Assembly: GCA_010015585.1 (NCBI GenBank)
Contig: ML975149.1
DNA length: 64,000 bases
Strand: one strand, 5' to 3'
From: Eremomyces bilateralis CBS 781.70
Lineage: Eukaryota
The notes under the pieces were generated by a model. The model did no database searches and was not told the origin of the DNA. It worked only from the letters and a program-made list of their open reading frames with translations. Positions 26,374 to 38,270 of the stretch are shown piece by piece (within the stretch, counting starts at the first letter, position 1; the number at the start of each line of letters is the position of its first letter). The position numbers were made by a program, and so were the translations under genes.

Positions 26374-27877
26374 GTTAATAATCAACAAATTACTGGAACT
26401 TGGAGCGGCGTTCGTGGTTTTGCATCAGGCGAGGAACAGAAGTATGGCCTTGCGGTTGTCACGCCAAGACCACGTGGAGCGGAGTCACGTGGGCGGAACG
26501 CCGGAGCTTCGGAACCCCTGAACCACGCGTCTCCCCGATTCGGGGATATCAACCCAACAGCCACTGGAGATATGGGCGGACGTGAGGTTGCTGCACGTGT
26601 TTCAGACACATCTTAATGGGCAAAGATAGATAGGATGCAGTAGCATGGAGAGTGAAGTATGAGGATGTGTATTAATTCTGTTGAGATTGCAACTCATTTG
26701 ATCGATCATGACGTGAGCAAGCTTGAGCTTTGAAAGCCAAAGATACGAGCTGCATAGCCGATAGCCGACACATTCGACCGTTCGCGAACTTTGTGAATCT
26801 GGAGATATTGAAGTTGTCAACCTCATATCAATACAATAGCATACGAACAGGAGTTGGATGAGAAACGGTTATCATCTGAATTTTATGGAAATGGAAATTG
26901 GTCAACAGGCAGATAAGGATTTCGTACTCTACGTAGTAATCCGTCGAAGCCGGAACCAGGTTGACGGATCCGGATCCTGTAAGCCACACTGATGCTGAGG
27001 TCATGCTCAAGGTGCAGAGAACGATTATGGGTTTGCCTTTAGTTCTCTCTATCCCTGGCGCTAGAACATCAGGTTGTTGTAGAGGACTCAGCCGAAAAGG
27101 ACAGCGTACGTGCCAATGCTATACCACTGGTCCAGCTACGTTGAAGCAATTCGGCAGAAATATTTCGGTAATGTTTTCATATCGTACGTTATTGTTGCAG
27201 GGGTAGTGCTAAACTGGTTGGAAGTCAGGAGATTTGGTGACAGCAGCAAAGTTGTTATATTATTGTGAGTTGTGTGTTCTATCTGAATAGCCGGTTCCCT
27301 GGTCCTGCAGATATACGAGACTCATGGCAAGATACTTAATGCAGTTTGTAGCCTCAGAATCCTAGACCTAATCCTTTGGCCTGCGACAATCCCACTCCTT
27401 ACACAATACAAGCATCTCACTCCCTCTGCCGGGTAACCTATTGCTTCCGTGATTAATTGACACATCCGTACCAATTAGGCAATTAACACATCTTGAACCG
27501 AAAGGCTTGGTGACCAGCCGAAAGCTATTGTTAATTCCACGGGGCTGAAGGGGCTTCTCCGTTACCTGGAGCCGACATCACTCTGGCCACAAATTGTTGT
27601 CCCAGTCCAGGGCAACAGACCTGTCTTACGAATCGCATCCGGCTGACAGCGGTTGCCCGACCGCGTCGCAGGGCACGATATCACGGCAAGCGTGTCGACG
27701 GGCGATGCTACAAGACGGCAAATACAAAACAACCGAACAGGAAGCAGCCCCTATTAGCATCGACGATGGGCACTCAGACCGATCCTCCGGGCACACGCAC
27801 GGACTTCGCGCGTAGAGAAATCTCGTCACACGCATAGATACGACGATGGCAACTATAACTATGTACAAGCGACATGT

Positions 27878-29658
27878 TCAAACGAAACTAGGTACGCTAT
27901 CACTTATGCTCATCAGGGTACTCATCTTGTCTGCATAATCAATCGGCCCTTCAGCAAGATCATCCTGCGTCCAAACAAACCTGACCATCGTCTTCAGGCT
28001 CTCCAAGCTCCTGACATGCGCCTTTCTTTCAGTTTTCGCAATGAGATCCAGAATAACCATCCGTTCCCCATCACCACGCGCTTCGCACGCAAAGATGAGC
28101 AACGGAAAAGGCCACTGACATGTCTCGAGCTCCCGGAATATGCTGAAAGCACTGTCCACTATCTGAGTGACCTTTTCTGACTGACCCGATAACTTTGTCG
28201 ACGTGCGCTCGAGGTAGACCAAGGTGGCGAGTTGATACAGCTTTGCTACTATCGGGGCGTCCGGCCTCGGTGCCGAGTGTGTCATCTGGGTAGCGTGGGA
28301 GGGACCTGTGGCTCTTTTGATCCTCCATTCCAAGACTTCAAGATAGTTGCGATACTCGTCTGTGTTGTATCTGGAGTCAGATGGTTCAACCACATTGTCA
28401 TAAACCTCCGAGAGGAGGCTGAGGATCTCGTTCGATGGCCCGGATGGATATGGGATCTTGTCCTACGGGTTAGTACTCTACCTGGCCTCATGGAGTGCGA
28501 CGAACCTTAGCAAGCCCTGTTCCACAAATGCCAGGAAGCAGACCCGTGAAGCCTTCATCCGCCACATAATCTCTCTCGAATGCCCCGTGGCCGCGCCAAT
28601 GCCGGAAACTGAAACGCGCGACCACCTCGTGGTATTGAATCCAGCCGAGCAGCAGCAGGAAGTCACTATCGTACCAAGCCAACCTATCGTCACAGGCTCT
28701 GTAGAAAATTCCTTTGCAACCACAGACATACCATGGCCAATGGCTAGACGTCTCGGTGGGATTCTGAATCTGTCGGGTGTCAGAGCGACTTCCTTTCTGG
28801 CCCCATAGGTGCTCAAATTGACGTACTTCGAATGATGCTAATAGCATACCAGCCGCACCGTGTTGAATAATCTCCTTGGTCTCCAATCCACGTTTGGAAG
28901 ACTCGTTGAGAAGTTGAATAGCGGAGAGCTTATAGTGGGCTGCCCGAGGTTGGTGTCCGTAGCAATGTAGCGATGCAACAGCAAGCAGAGATTGCAACAC
29001 TGCCGCAGATGCTGGAGCGCTAGACATAAACGCTAAGCGAAGTAACGTACTCCGAAGTTTTAGGGCATCAATGCCGACAGTTGTGAGAGAAAATGAGGCA
29101 TGAGATTCGACTTGAACACATCAGCCGCCTTGTTCACGATGTTCTATACTCATTGGCTCACAGTATTGAACTAGAGCTTCCTGCGAGGCATCTAATTGGT
29201 GTGGAATCCATCTTACCGGCGTGGTAAGAACTGGACTACCAGAGAGATACTTTCCCACTGTCCCTGCACTCGGTATGAGCCATTGGGTGCCTTGTATTCA
29301 ATCAGGGGTGGCCCTGGAGTCTTACGGTTCCATCCTTCAGCCGACAAACGATAGTGTATGCGCATATCCCACGAAGTCGTCTGAACAAAGGAGATATCAT
29401 CCGATTTATTAAAAGACGATTCGTTGCGAGGAGGAACAGTGAAGACTGCTCGCTTCCGGTCGCTACTGTGTGGCCAGGATAGCCGGAGACCAAAGCCATC
29501 GCAAGTACGCCCTGCTTTAAGACAACGGGCACAGGATGGGATGGTTCGGTCACATCGTACTCGACGCGCTGCGTGTATAAGTCTTTCGGATTCCCGAAGA
29601 GTCTGTTCTTGGCGCACCTACCTTGGCATACTCCGCACCCTCGCTCTGGCGTGTTCAT
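27878..29658 (-). CDS. Zn(II)2Cys6 transcription factor with C-terminal fungal-specific TF domain
   Basis: Spliced CGVCQ/ARRVRCDRTIPSCARCLKAGRTC zinc cluster; the exons I checked join in frame; WPFPLLIFACEA motif near the C-terminus. Confidence 0.9.
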
Positions 29659-30180
29659 CGTTTCTCCGCTTGCAAGTAAAGGGTAGCTACTTTATCAGGC
29701 TAGGTATTCCTGGAAGCGTCGGCCAACAGCACTAATGACGATGGCTCGGTGAAAGTTGCCTAGGCCATGATATATATCTGAGGTCGCATATCGCTGATTT
29801 AAACTCAGAGAGAGTCGTTTGTCAGCTGAAGTATTGAAACGGCTCGGGCCCCACAGTTATGCACGTCAACGCCCAAAAAGGGACTGTGGCAAGTTTGAGC
29901 GAGCCACCACCGGCGCTAGTCTCAATACGACTTGTCTTCCCTGAACTTAGAAGCCACCGATACGAGTCATGTATAAGCTGTTGGTTCAACATACACAGTA
30001 CGATGATGGAGAGCTGATTGAACATCAAGTTTGGCACTCTGATTATAATCGCTAGCGTGTTACTCATCTATTAGCCTGCGGTGCTTTGAAATGCGCGAAG
30101 AGCCGCATAGAAGCCTGCGGAGATGCTCGAAGTCCGCTTCAGTTCATCGATCCATAAACACAGGCCGTGTATTCTACAGG

Positions 30181-30188
30181 TATATAAA
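30181..30188 (+). promoter_or_regulatory. TATA box upstream of SDR gene
   Basis: TATATAAA about 120 bp upstream of ATG 30302. Confidence 0.55.
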
Positions 30189-30301
30189 GAGGCTCAATAC
30201 ACCTCGAAATGCCAAATGATCAATCAACACCTCTTCTACTCCAAGTTTCTTACATCTAACAAACATCAATTACATTCTGTGCCCCCGCACCATTTACGCG
30301 A

Positions 30302-31328
30302 ATGGCTTCATATCTCGTTACCGGTGTTTCTCGCGGCCTCGGAGTAAGTTCCTAATGGACAGGTCAACGAAGGAACTTCTGCTCATCATATTTCTAGTTC
30401 GAGTTTCTCAAGCAACTCTCCAACAACTCGGACAACACAGTCTTTGGTTTGGTCCGAGACAAGGCTGCCACGGACAAGAAAGTGAAGTCGGAGTTGGGCG
30501 AACGGGCAAACGTCCACATCCTAGCGGCCGACATTACCAACTATGATGCGGTCAAGGTACGGTAAATACCCTAGATATAATGAATTCTCATTGATAGGTT
30601 TAAGAAATCGGCCGACCATGTCGCCAAGGTGACCGGCGGGAAGCTCGACTACCTCATAGCGAACGCTGCCTATCAGTCTGAAGTCCGCGCTTCTGCCGGA
30701 ATTGGTGACTTGTGAGTGTACTCTCAATAACTCGAAATTGTTCACAATGCCTGACAGTATGAGAAGTACCGACCAGCCAGAATTGCTAGAGAAGGACTTG
30801 CTCGATTCCTTCAACATCAATGTCGTCGGCAACATCCATCTCATCAACCTCTACTTGCCGCTTATCCTAAAAGGTACAACTAAGAAAGTCATCGCCATCT
30901 CGACTGGCATGGCAGATATTGACTTCATCGCCAAGTTTGGTGTCACTATTGGTTCCCCGTATGCCATTAGCAAGGCGGCGATGAACGCTGCTGTGGCTAA
31001 GTTTAGCGCTCAGTACGCTGGGCAGGGAGTCTTGTTCCTGAACATCTCCCCTGGCCTGGTAAATACCCGCCCTTTTGACAATCGTAAGACCAGATAAAGT
31101 GCCACCAATGCTTTGCGGCCTGCTGACTAGACAATAGCTACCGAGGAGCAGAAACAGGGCGCGGCGATCATGTTGGCCAGGTTCAGGGATTATGCACCTC
31201 ACTTCACGGGGCCCATCACGCCTACAGAGTCAGTGAACCATGTAATGTCCGTGATCAACAAGGCGAGTGTCGAAAATGGCGACGGAGGCTCGTTTGTATC
31301 TCATTTTGGCAACAAACAGTGGCTCTAA
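30302..31328 (+). CDS. Short-chain dehydrogenase/reductase (5 exons)
   Basis: MASYLVTGVSRGLG (TGxxxGxG), LDYLIANA, YAISK (YxxxK), ISPGLVNT, ends FVSHFGNKQWL*. Confidence 0.9.
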
Positions 31329-31487
31329 AGAAAGGCCGACGCCACCGAGATGTGCTAGTGGATTACATAGAGGATTATCAAGGAGATAGTCATGTGGGAG
31401 CTGTGTTAGGATAGCAGAGAGGAGAGTTGATATCTCGCACACAGAGGCGCTGGGAGATATCTTCCATTTCTCTCTCTTCAGTTTAGA

Positions 31488-34082
31488 TCAATGAAACTTG
31501 GTAATTGCAGATCTTGCGCATCCAGACCGTGTCACGTAGCCAGCGATTTGCTTCAATTGTTGATTCCTAAATTTGAGATCATAGTTGTGGACTTTTGCTG
31601 CGTGATTTAAGAAATCTGATGCGGTGTTAAATATCCCTATGTTCTTACATATTTCCTTGTTGTAGTGTAGGCTATCTTGAGCTATGCGGCTGAGATGCTG
31701 CGTCATAATATGACGTCGCAGTGAATCACAGCAAGAGAATTCGTGTTGGTCTGGACAGATGATGCAAGCTTTGGTCGGGATGTTTCTCTCGTTAAGGCTA
31801 GGAACAGATTGTTCTTGTGTCGGTAGGGTCTTATCGTTCGTCCTATCGCTATCGTCGCTGTCGTCTGCATTCCAGCTTGTATCCCTCAGACGGGGAGGCT
31901 CTTGGAGATCACAAAGCGCGATCATATCCTTTGTAGCTTGAATTCTCTTGCAGAGAGAAGCGTCGTCTGAAAGGGTGTCTGCGTCTGGCCCATAGAACGT
32001 ATCCACGTTGCGAGGCGTTCCGGAAAAGTGTACTTGGGAATTAGGATAGGGTGGTTCCCAGTCGACTTCTTCAGAGTCTTCTTCGGATTCTCCGTCGTCT
32101 TCGTCTAAGATGTTCCCCTCTGTACGACGAAGAAGCTTCTCGATCTGCTTATTGATTTCATCGTTTGGCATATCATGAAAGCAATCCTCTTTCATCTTCT
32201 TCTTCGCAACCCTGTACAAACTTCTCTTCTTCTTCATTAGTACTTTAGAGACCGCTTTGTGCTGCCGATAGAGTATAGGACACAGACTCGTGCCCTTCGT
32301 CACAGGCCCTGCCAAGGATCGAATTTCCATTGCCAATTCGTCTCTCTCCGCCCTCAACTTGAGGATTTTAGGATGGCGGCGAATAGACTTTTTCTGCTTG
32401 CTCTTGATATCATTAGGTGCTAAAGCATCTCGCATGCTCCTTCGAGCCGCCTTGGAAAGCGGTTTTTGCGGTGGACGAGCCTGAACGAACTCCTGCAAGT
32501 CACCAATGAAATTAGATTGGTAGTGTCTCTCAAACACCTTGTTTCCGGGATATCCCAGGGCTTTCCTCCTTTCAGAAGCGACATAATGTACTGATAAAAA
32601 TAAGCTTTGAATGTCTAAGAGTAGTATTATGAAGAAAACTCACAGTTTATCTCATTTGCAGCCCAGCGCCTATAAAAGTAGAACTTTTTGAGTAACTCAT
32701 ACCCCAATCCCTCGGAGATATGCTTCAGTGCACTGTCACTGGTGCTATACTTCATAGATAAGATCGGATCGAGTACCCATTTTTCAGCAGTGTGGTTCAT
32801 ATTCCGGAGAACAGGAACCTTTAATAAGGCTTTCTTCCCTCTGATTGGTAGTTTAGGAAGTCGACAGGGTACACGGAGTTGCCGAATGAATTCAGGGGTC
32901 AGGTTCTCATTTTCGAATGCGTTGTCTCGGAATGCCATCGCAACGATTTGTAAGATCGGACAATACGCTAACTGGTAGTCACAATGTGGAAAGTATCTTG
33001 TCCTGCAGAGGTGGTAAGCGGCGAATATACTGTTCTACGGGCTATCCCTTATCCATCCGCACCTTCTGCTCTTCCTTTCATATTGTGAAAATTGAGGATC
33101 GCGCAAAGAATGTCCCTGCTACCATGATTTGGAAGGTAGAATAAATCAATATCCTGTCAACAGACCGTGTGGGGGGTACAGTCGAATGAGATATGGTATG
33201 GAATCTGGCTTTTGAACCCCTGATTCCTGCTGCCATGTTCGTTGGGAACAACACCATCCTCTAGAATCACGCCAGGTCGTGTCCCAGTTATGGAAGACCA
33301 TAGCTGGAGAGTGGACTGTTGAACGATATAATTGCCGAACCGAAAACAACTGGAGTTTCTCCAAAGGAAACGCTGGTGAAGTACCTGCTCCTCAATATCA
33401 AGGGTCTCTTTTGGCCTTGTGTGAGGGACCGGGCACTCAGCTGGAAACAGATGCTGCAAGTACTATGTCTCTTATTAGCTAAGTAACTCATCTAAACGCC
33501 GAGAATCCGTACTCTTCCTACCTGCACGATAGCATTATATCTTAATTCGTGCCTTGCGAGTCTTGAAAAGTACTGAGACAAGCGTCTCCAGTATGCCTGA
33601 TATGATTGAAGTCTCCTCTTTCCGTCATCCAGTCAGTCGAAGAAAGCCATATAGACTGCGGGCTCCTCTGAGAGAAGATGTTCTATATAATCCACATTTA
33701 TATGCTCACAATACCTATTTGTCTTTGTCAGTGTTATCGTAGTAGTACCAATTTTGAGAACGGAAAGCGTACTTGTACCAATATCTCTCAACCACTGCCA
33801 TCCGTCGTAGGGTACTTTTATTGTAGTTCGGAGGTATCCATCCAAAACTTCTATAATGTTCTAACTTGGCAAAAGTTTCCGGGCGAGTCCAAGTCCAGGA
33901 CTGAAGTTCGTTTGCACCTTTGGACAGCGGAGCATAAAGGTGTCGAGGCATATCATATTGGAATCACGATTTGTACGCAGCTGTGAACAAGAGGGAGGCG
34001 AACGAAGGATAGACCACTTATCACGGCGCACTCGGCGCCTTTGAATAGCAGCCATGATTTTTGCTAGTAGGGAGCGTGGCAT
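31488..34082 (-). pseudogene. Degenerate DUF3435 tyrosine recombinase (Starship captain-like) with C-terminal C2H2-like finger
   Basis: YQAYWRRLSQYF, WSSITGTRPG, DIDLFYL...MKGRAEGADG, YCPILQIVAMAFRDNAF, YFYRRWAANE, ALGYPGNKVFERHY, CIICPD...LRRHIMTQH; nonsense TGA at 33633-33635 and 33157-33159; donor GT>AT at 33052; start position uncertain. Confidence 0.8.
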
Positions 34083-34958
34083 GGGGGATCACTGGTAAAA
34101 TGGGAGTTGCAGGCGACAGATTGGGCACCTGGGGGTAGAATTGGCGATGTGGTGATCACGTGACATAGAGTAAAGTATGTGGTTATTAATTAGGTGAAGA
34201 TGGAATTGCCGCAGAAAACTGCCTAACTATAAAACCGCAACTTTCTAGTAATAAACAGATTGAGGGGTAAGCAGTTGAGATCATGTGACTCAATAATGTG
34301 ATTTGCCTTGTGGATATCATGTCACCATGTGTATGCCTCTGTGGCCTCACACTGGTCCATCAGAGCATGATCGCACGGTAGGTAAATTTACATGTGATCG
34401 ACGACGCCACTTCGTATCCATGTTTCAGCCCCTGGTACTCGTCGGTCTCTGCCGTGTCCAGATTGAAGTTTATTACAAGCATCGACCAATCGAAATGTAT
34501 GTACAACTTCCTCATCAAAACCAGTTTCCAACACCGAATTCGAATGATTTGCCCATATAACCACTTAATTACATGAAATTTTCGGTCAGAAATTGAAGAA
34601 ACTTATAAATAAAGAGTAAAAGGTCGTGTTAAAAAAAAACCCTAACTGAACTTTTCCTAGTAACTAACGGCGGTCGAACCGTCGAAGTAGAACTAGTTAG
34701 GTAGTTGGTCAGAGGATTAAGTTAGAATCCCTAGTAAGACACTAGTTTTTGAGCATTGCAGCCATCAATTAACGGGGATAATTACGTCGTAGGCATCCGG
34801 CATCCTGTCAATTTAAGATGAGTGCGGCACAAAGATGATAAAGATCGCGGTATATGACCCTGCTTGTTCTTCTTGTCCAGTCCGCCCCATTTCGCCTTTC
34901 TTAGATCTGTCACGTTGCGAGTCTCCACGGTTAATAGTCTTGCGGACACCCTTTCATC

Positions 34959-35798
34959 ATGTTTCTCGCCATAGTTATCGCAATATGCCTCGGCCAGTCC
35001 TTCGTCGGCGCAATCGAGCTGACCACCGGTTTTGTCCAATTATCAACATTAACCACGGATCGACATTTCGTACGCACTACAAAAACCGAGACCTACACTC
35101 AAACATCATCGGTCTGGCCCACCGCGCCAGTAACCGGCAGCCCGATATCTAGCTCTGTAGTCACGCTTGATGGCCTCCCCATAACCAAAATTGTTGCCGC
35201 CATTCCTACAGATGCACCTTTCGCCTCAACAAACCCATCGCGACAGTTCGGCAATGATGTAACAAGCTCTTCAACACTTACCGTCATCTACGGACCCGTA
35301 GTCGTCACGCCGCCACCATCATGCACCCGCACTTCCTTCCGCTACGTCACCTCCGCCATACTCGGCGACCTCAATAATCTCCAGCCGTCAGAAATCGAAG
35401 CCGCCCTTTCCCAGATCGAAGGCGCCACGCGCTCCTCCTTCTCAACGGACATGCGCCCTGGGCAGCAATCACCGGGCACGACGAGCTGGGCTCAAGTCAA
35501 TATCTATCTTCCTACAGGCGTGGCCTCTCCTACCCTCACCAGTTCCGATCTCGACCATCTCGCACAATGTTACGATCCGCGCCGTTTTGGATGTCCCATG
35601 GCGGAGAACACCGCTGTTATTGCCGGCTGCCCCATTGACCGGGTGCCGACCGGATATCCACTGCCCGTCGACGGGGATTCCGGCGCAACTCCAATATCAA
35701 GCTCGATGGGTGGTGCGGCAGCACCGACAGGACAGGTTGGGGCCGTGTTTGTGGCGGCAGCTGCTGGATTGGGGATCGCTATCGGTGCTGCGATATAG
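34959..35798 (+). CDS. Secreted Ser/Thr-rich protein with probable GPI-anchor signal (279 aa)
   Basis: Hydrophobic N-terminus MFLAIVIAICLGQSFVGA, T/S-rich body, four Cys in the mature region, hydrophobic C-terminus GAVFVAAAAGLGIAIGAAI. Confidence 0.75.
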   Translation: MFLAIVIAICLGQSFVGAIELTTGFVQLSTLTTDRHFVRTTKTETYTQTSSVWPTAPVTGSPISSSVVTLDGLPITKIVAAIPTDAPFASTNPSRQFGNDVTSSSTLTVIYGPVVVTPPPSCTRTSFRYVTSAILGDLNNLQPSEIEAALSQIEGATRSSFSTDMRPGQQSPGTTSWAQVNIYLPTGVASPTLTSSDLDHLAQCYDPRRFGCPMAENTAVIAGCPIDRVPTGYPLPVDGDSGATPISSSMGGAAAPTGQVGAVFVAAAAGLGIAIGAAI

Positions 35799-36454
35799 AT
35801 CATACTCTTACGATCCGGCCGTACCAGGCGACGACTCGACATTTGAACCAACCTGCTTGGTTAGCCTTGCGCACGGATTCTTAACTACTTAGCAAATACG
35901 GAGTACCATAGAAATTTAGAAGGCTGGTGAGTTTTGTCCACCACGCTAGCCATATTATTACTACCGTGGAATTATTTGCGTGTTATTTTTATAAGCTCTT
36001 TTGATGGTTCCGAGGCCTCGACTGAGAAGAATCTAAAGCGTATTCCGATGTCTCGTCATATTCATGCATTAAAGTACTTAGATTGATAGATTCTACCAAG
36101 GGAACAGGCCGCAGGCCTGGGACCATAACAATTCCACGCAATTGTTGGGGTACAGGAAGCATTCACTCCTCTTGTAGCCGGAGCCATATTCCGTGCTTTA
36201 ACCAGTTCTGTCGGATCGTTTTCCTGTCTTGTTTCCGCCAAAAAAATTGGTCACTGAGACTATGTTACTGCAGTAAAATAGGACGGGCTGAAGCCGTCGA
36301 CGCTCGATGTCGGCTAAGAACTCTTCTAACGAAGGAGGCTGCTAAGTACGTAGCCATGCTGCATACCATGGGTTCTGAGAGCATTGTAGGCTTCATCGTA
36401 AGAAGCGTAAAGACAATCTGGTGGAGGAGCAATACCTTCCATGTTTCGATCTGT

Positions 36455-36477
36455 GAGAGAGAGAGAGAGAGAGAGAG
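36455..36477 (+). repeat. (GA)11 microsatellite
   Basis: Direct observation. Confidence 0.9.
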
Positions 36478-37389
36478 TAAATTAAGATTTAAAGTTGACC
36501 TAACGTAGTTAAGTTAGGGAAAGATTGGTGATAAATTGGCATGAGTTGTTCAAGGGAAGATTGGTCGTACGCTAGGCTTGATTAATCCATTAGTTTCCCC
36601 GATTCCTAGCGTGGTGGAAAAACTGGTTTACAAATCTCACCAGCCCAATTAGAATACACTGATAGCCGATAATATTCTGCCTTCAATATTACATTTTTAG
36701 ACATCATGGCGGTGGTGGTGGTGTAGATTAGGAGGTGTAGTTAGAGACGTGACGTGGCAGTTCGCTTGTGCACTACATTATTACCATTAACCAATCTTTG
36801 TTTCCCCGTACAAATTACGATAGTCAATACGAGCTGCAGCATGGTAATACTACGAGCGCAACAATACAATGACCCGGCCATCGGCGACAGAACAGGAACC
36901 ATCCTGGCTAGGACCCATTTGAACTGTGGCGACAGTAATGTGGGTAGGTAACTAGTTTGCTAATACATAAATACAGAATAATTCTTCTCGAAAAGAATGC
37001 TTTTTCAGAGTCGACACGGATACCATCAGTGATCCGAGGATCGATTGCCTCCCGGAATTCAAGCGAATCAGACAAAAGCAACCCAGACTACCCCGGTTTT
37101 GATGGCACCTTATCTCTACTTCTCCCTCCCTTCTTTCCCCCCCATCCTGCATCGAGCATCCTCCATCCGCTCCCCAGACCCCAGGGCACAGTCCGTCCCA
37201 TCATTGATGGCTTGAGGGTACTGTCAGCCAACACCGAACGAGCCACAGGAAAGCTACGTTCTGTAAGCCGTTGTTATTGGTTTTCGTGCTGTAGAAATGG
37301 TGCCACATTGATATCGCGTTAGCCCCGTCCGTGCTCCGCGCATACGAAGCGACAGTTTAGCGACTGGCTTGCATCTGCAAGTTGCCATG

Positions 37390-38050
37390 TTATCTACGGA
37401 ATACAAACGCCACGATGCTCATACCGTGTGTCGTAAATACCATGCATGGACAGTTGGATGTCCAAATCTTGAGGGGCGCCGTCGGCGATGAAGGACTCGT
37501 GGTTATTCTGACACAGGACACAACACCTGCCATCTGCAGCTAACCAAGCGGATAACAATTAATAGGACATTGAGACGGGTTGAACCTTTAAAAAGTAAAA
37601 GGATTCACAACCGTCGATACCAGCCTAGACGATATCCTGCCGAATGACAAGGCGAACTCGATGACAAGGTTATGGAAGATGGAGGAGTTGATTGGTGCGA
37701 ATGGTGACGAGACGCGTTCTTATCAACACTTAACTATCACCACGTTGCTTCGGCTCACCACCCAACGAAATGTTATCTCTGGCACTGTCCCTCCACTTCC
37801 TAAAACAGTCTGATATGATCCTTTGCAGTTAGGCCCTGGTTTACGGATGATTTCCACATTCCACTCTTTCGAACACCACCCTGCTTGGGAGACGCGAAGC
37901 CCTGACAGATGTACGTGCATCCTCGTGGGCGATGTTATTACGCGATGGCAAGATAAGCCATGCGATAGTGATGCCAAATACGGAAGCAAGAAACGACTTG
38001 CCAGTAGGTTGGTGGCTTGCGATGTTTTGAGAGCGGGAGGGTATCTATCA
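37390..38050. promoter_or_regulatory. Cluster of GATA (HGATAR) motifs upstream of the ammonium transporter
   Basis: TTATCT 37390, TTATCA 37720, CTATCA 37734, TTATCT 37773, AGATAA 37951, CGATAG 37963, CTATCA 38045. Confidence 0.5.
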
Positions 38051-38270
38051 CTCAATTCTATATCTGGACCATGTCCGCCATATCTGAATGTTCTCCTGTC
38101 TAGCCTCCGTCCTTGATCCTCCTCACCTTCGTCTGGATTACCCTTCCCGGTCCTTGTCGATGTGTTTTCGTTCTACTTCAGTCTCTCCCTTATATACTTG
38201 ATCTAGCATTGAGCTGGAGATTCCGTAGATTGCCATTCAAGAAGATCGTGATTGAAGGACTTCCGCGACG

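Noticed and set aside
25767..27206. Short ORFs around the tRNA
   Set aside because: No recognisable motifs, coding bias or supporting splice structure
31488..34082. Classical RIP as the cause of DUF3435 decay
   Set aside because: Both nonsense changes and the donor mutation are C>T in CpC rather than CpA context, and long ORF segments survive
26279..34690. Bacterial-style tRNA att-site duplication flanking the recombinase block
   Set aside because: Match is short and gapped, and the block lies 5' of the tRNA with no displaced 5' tRNA half at the far end
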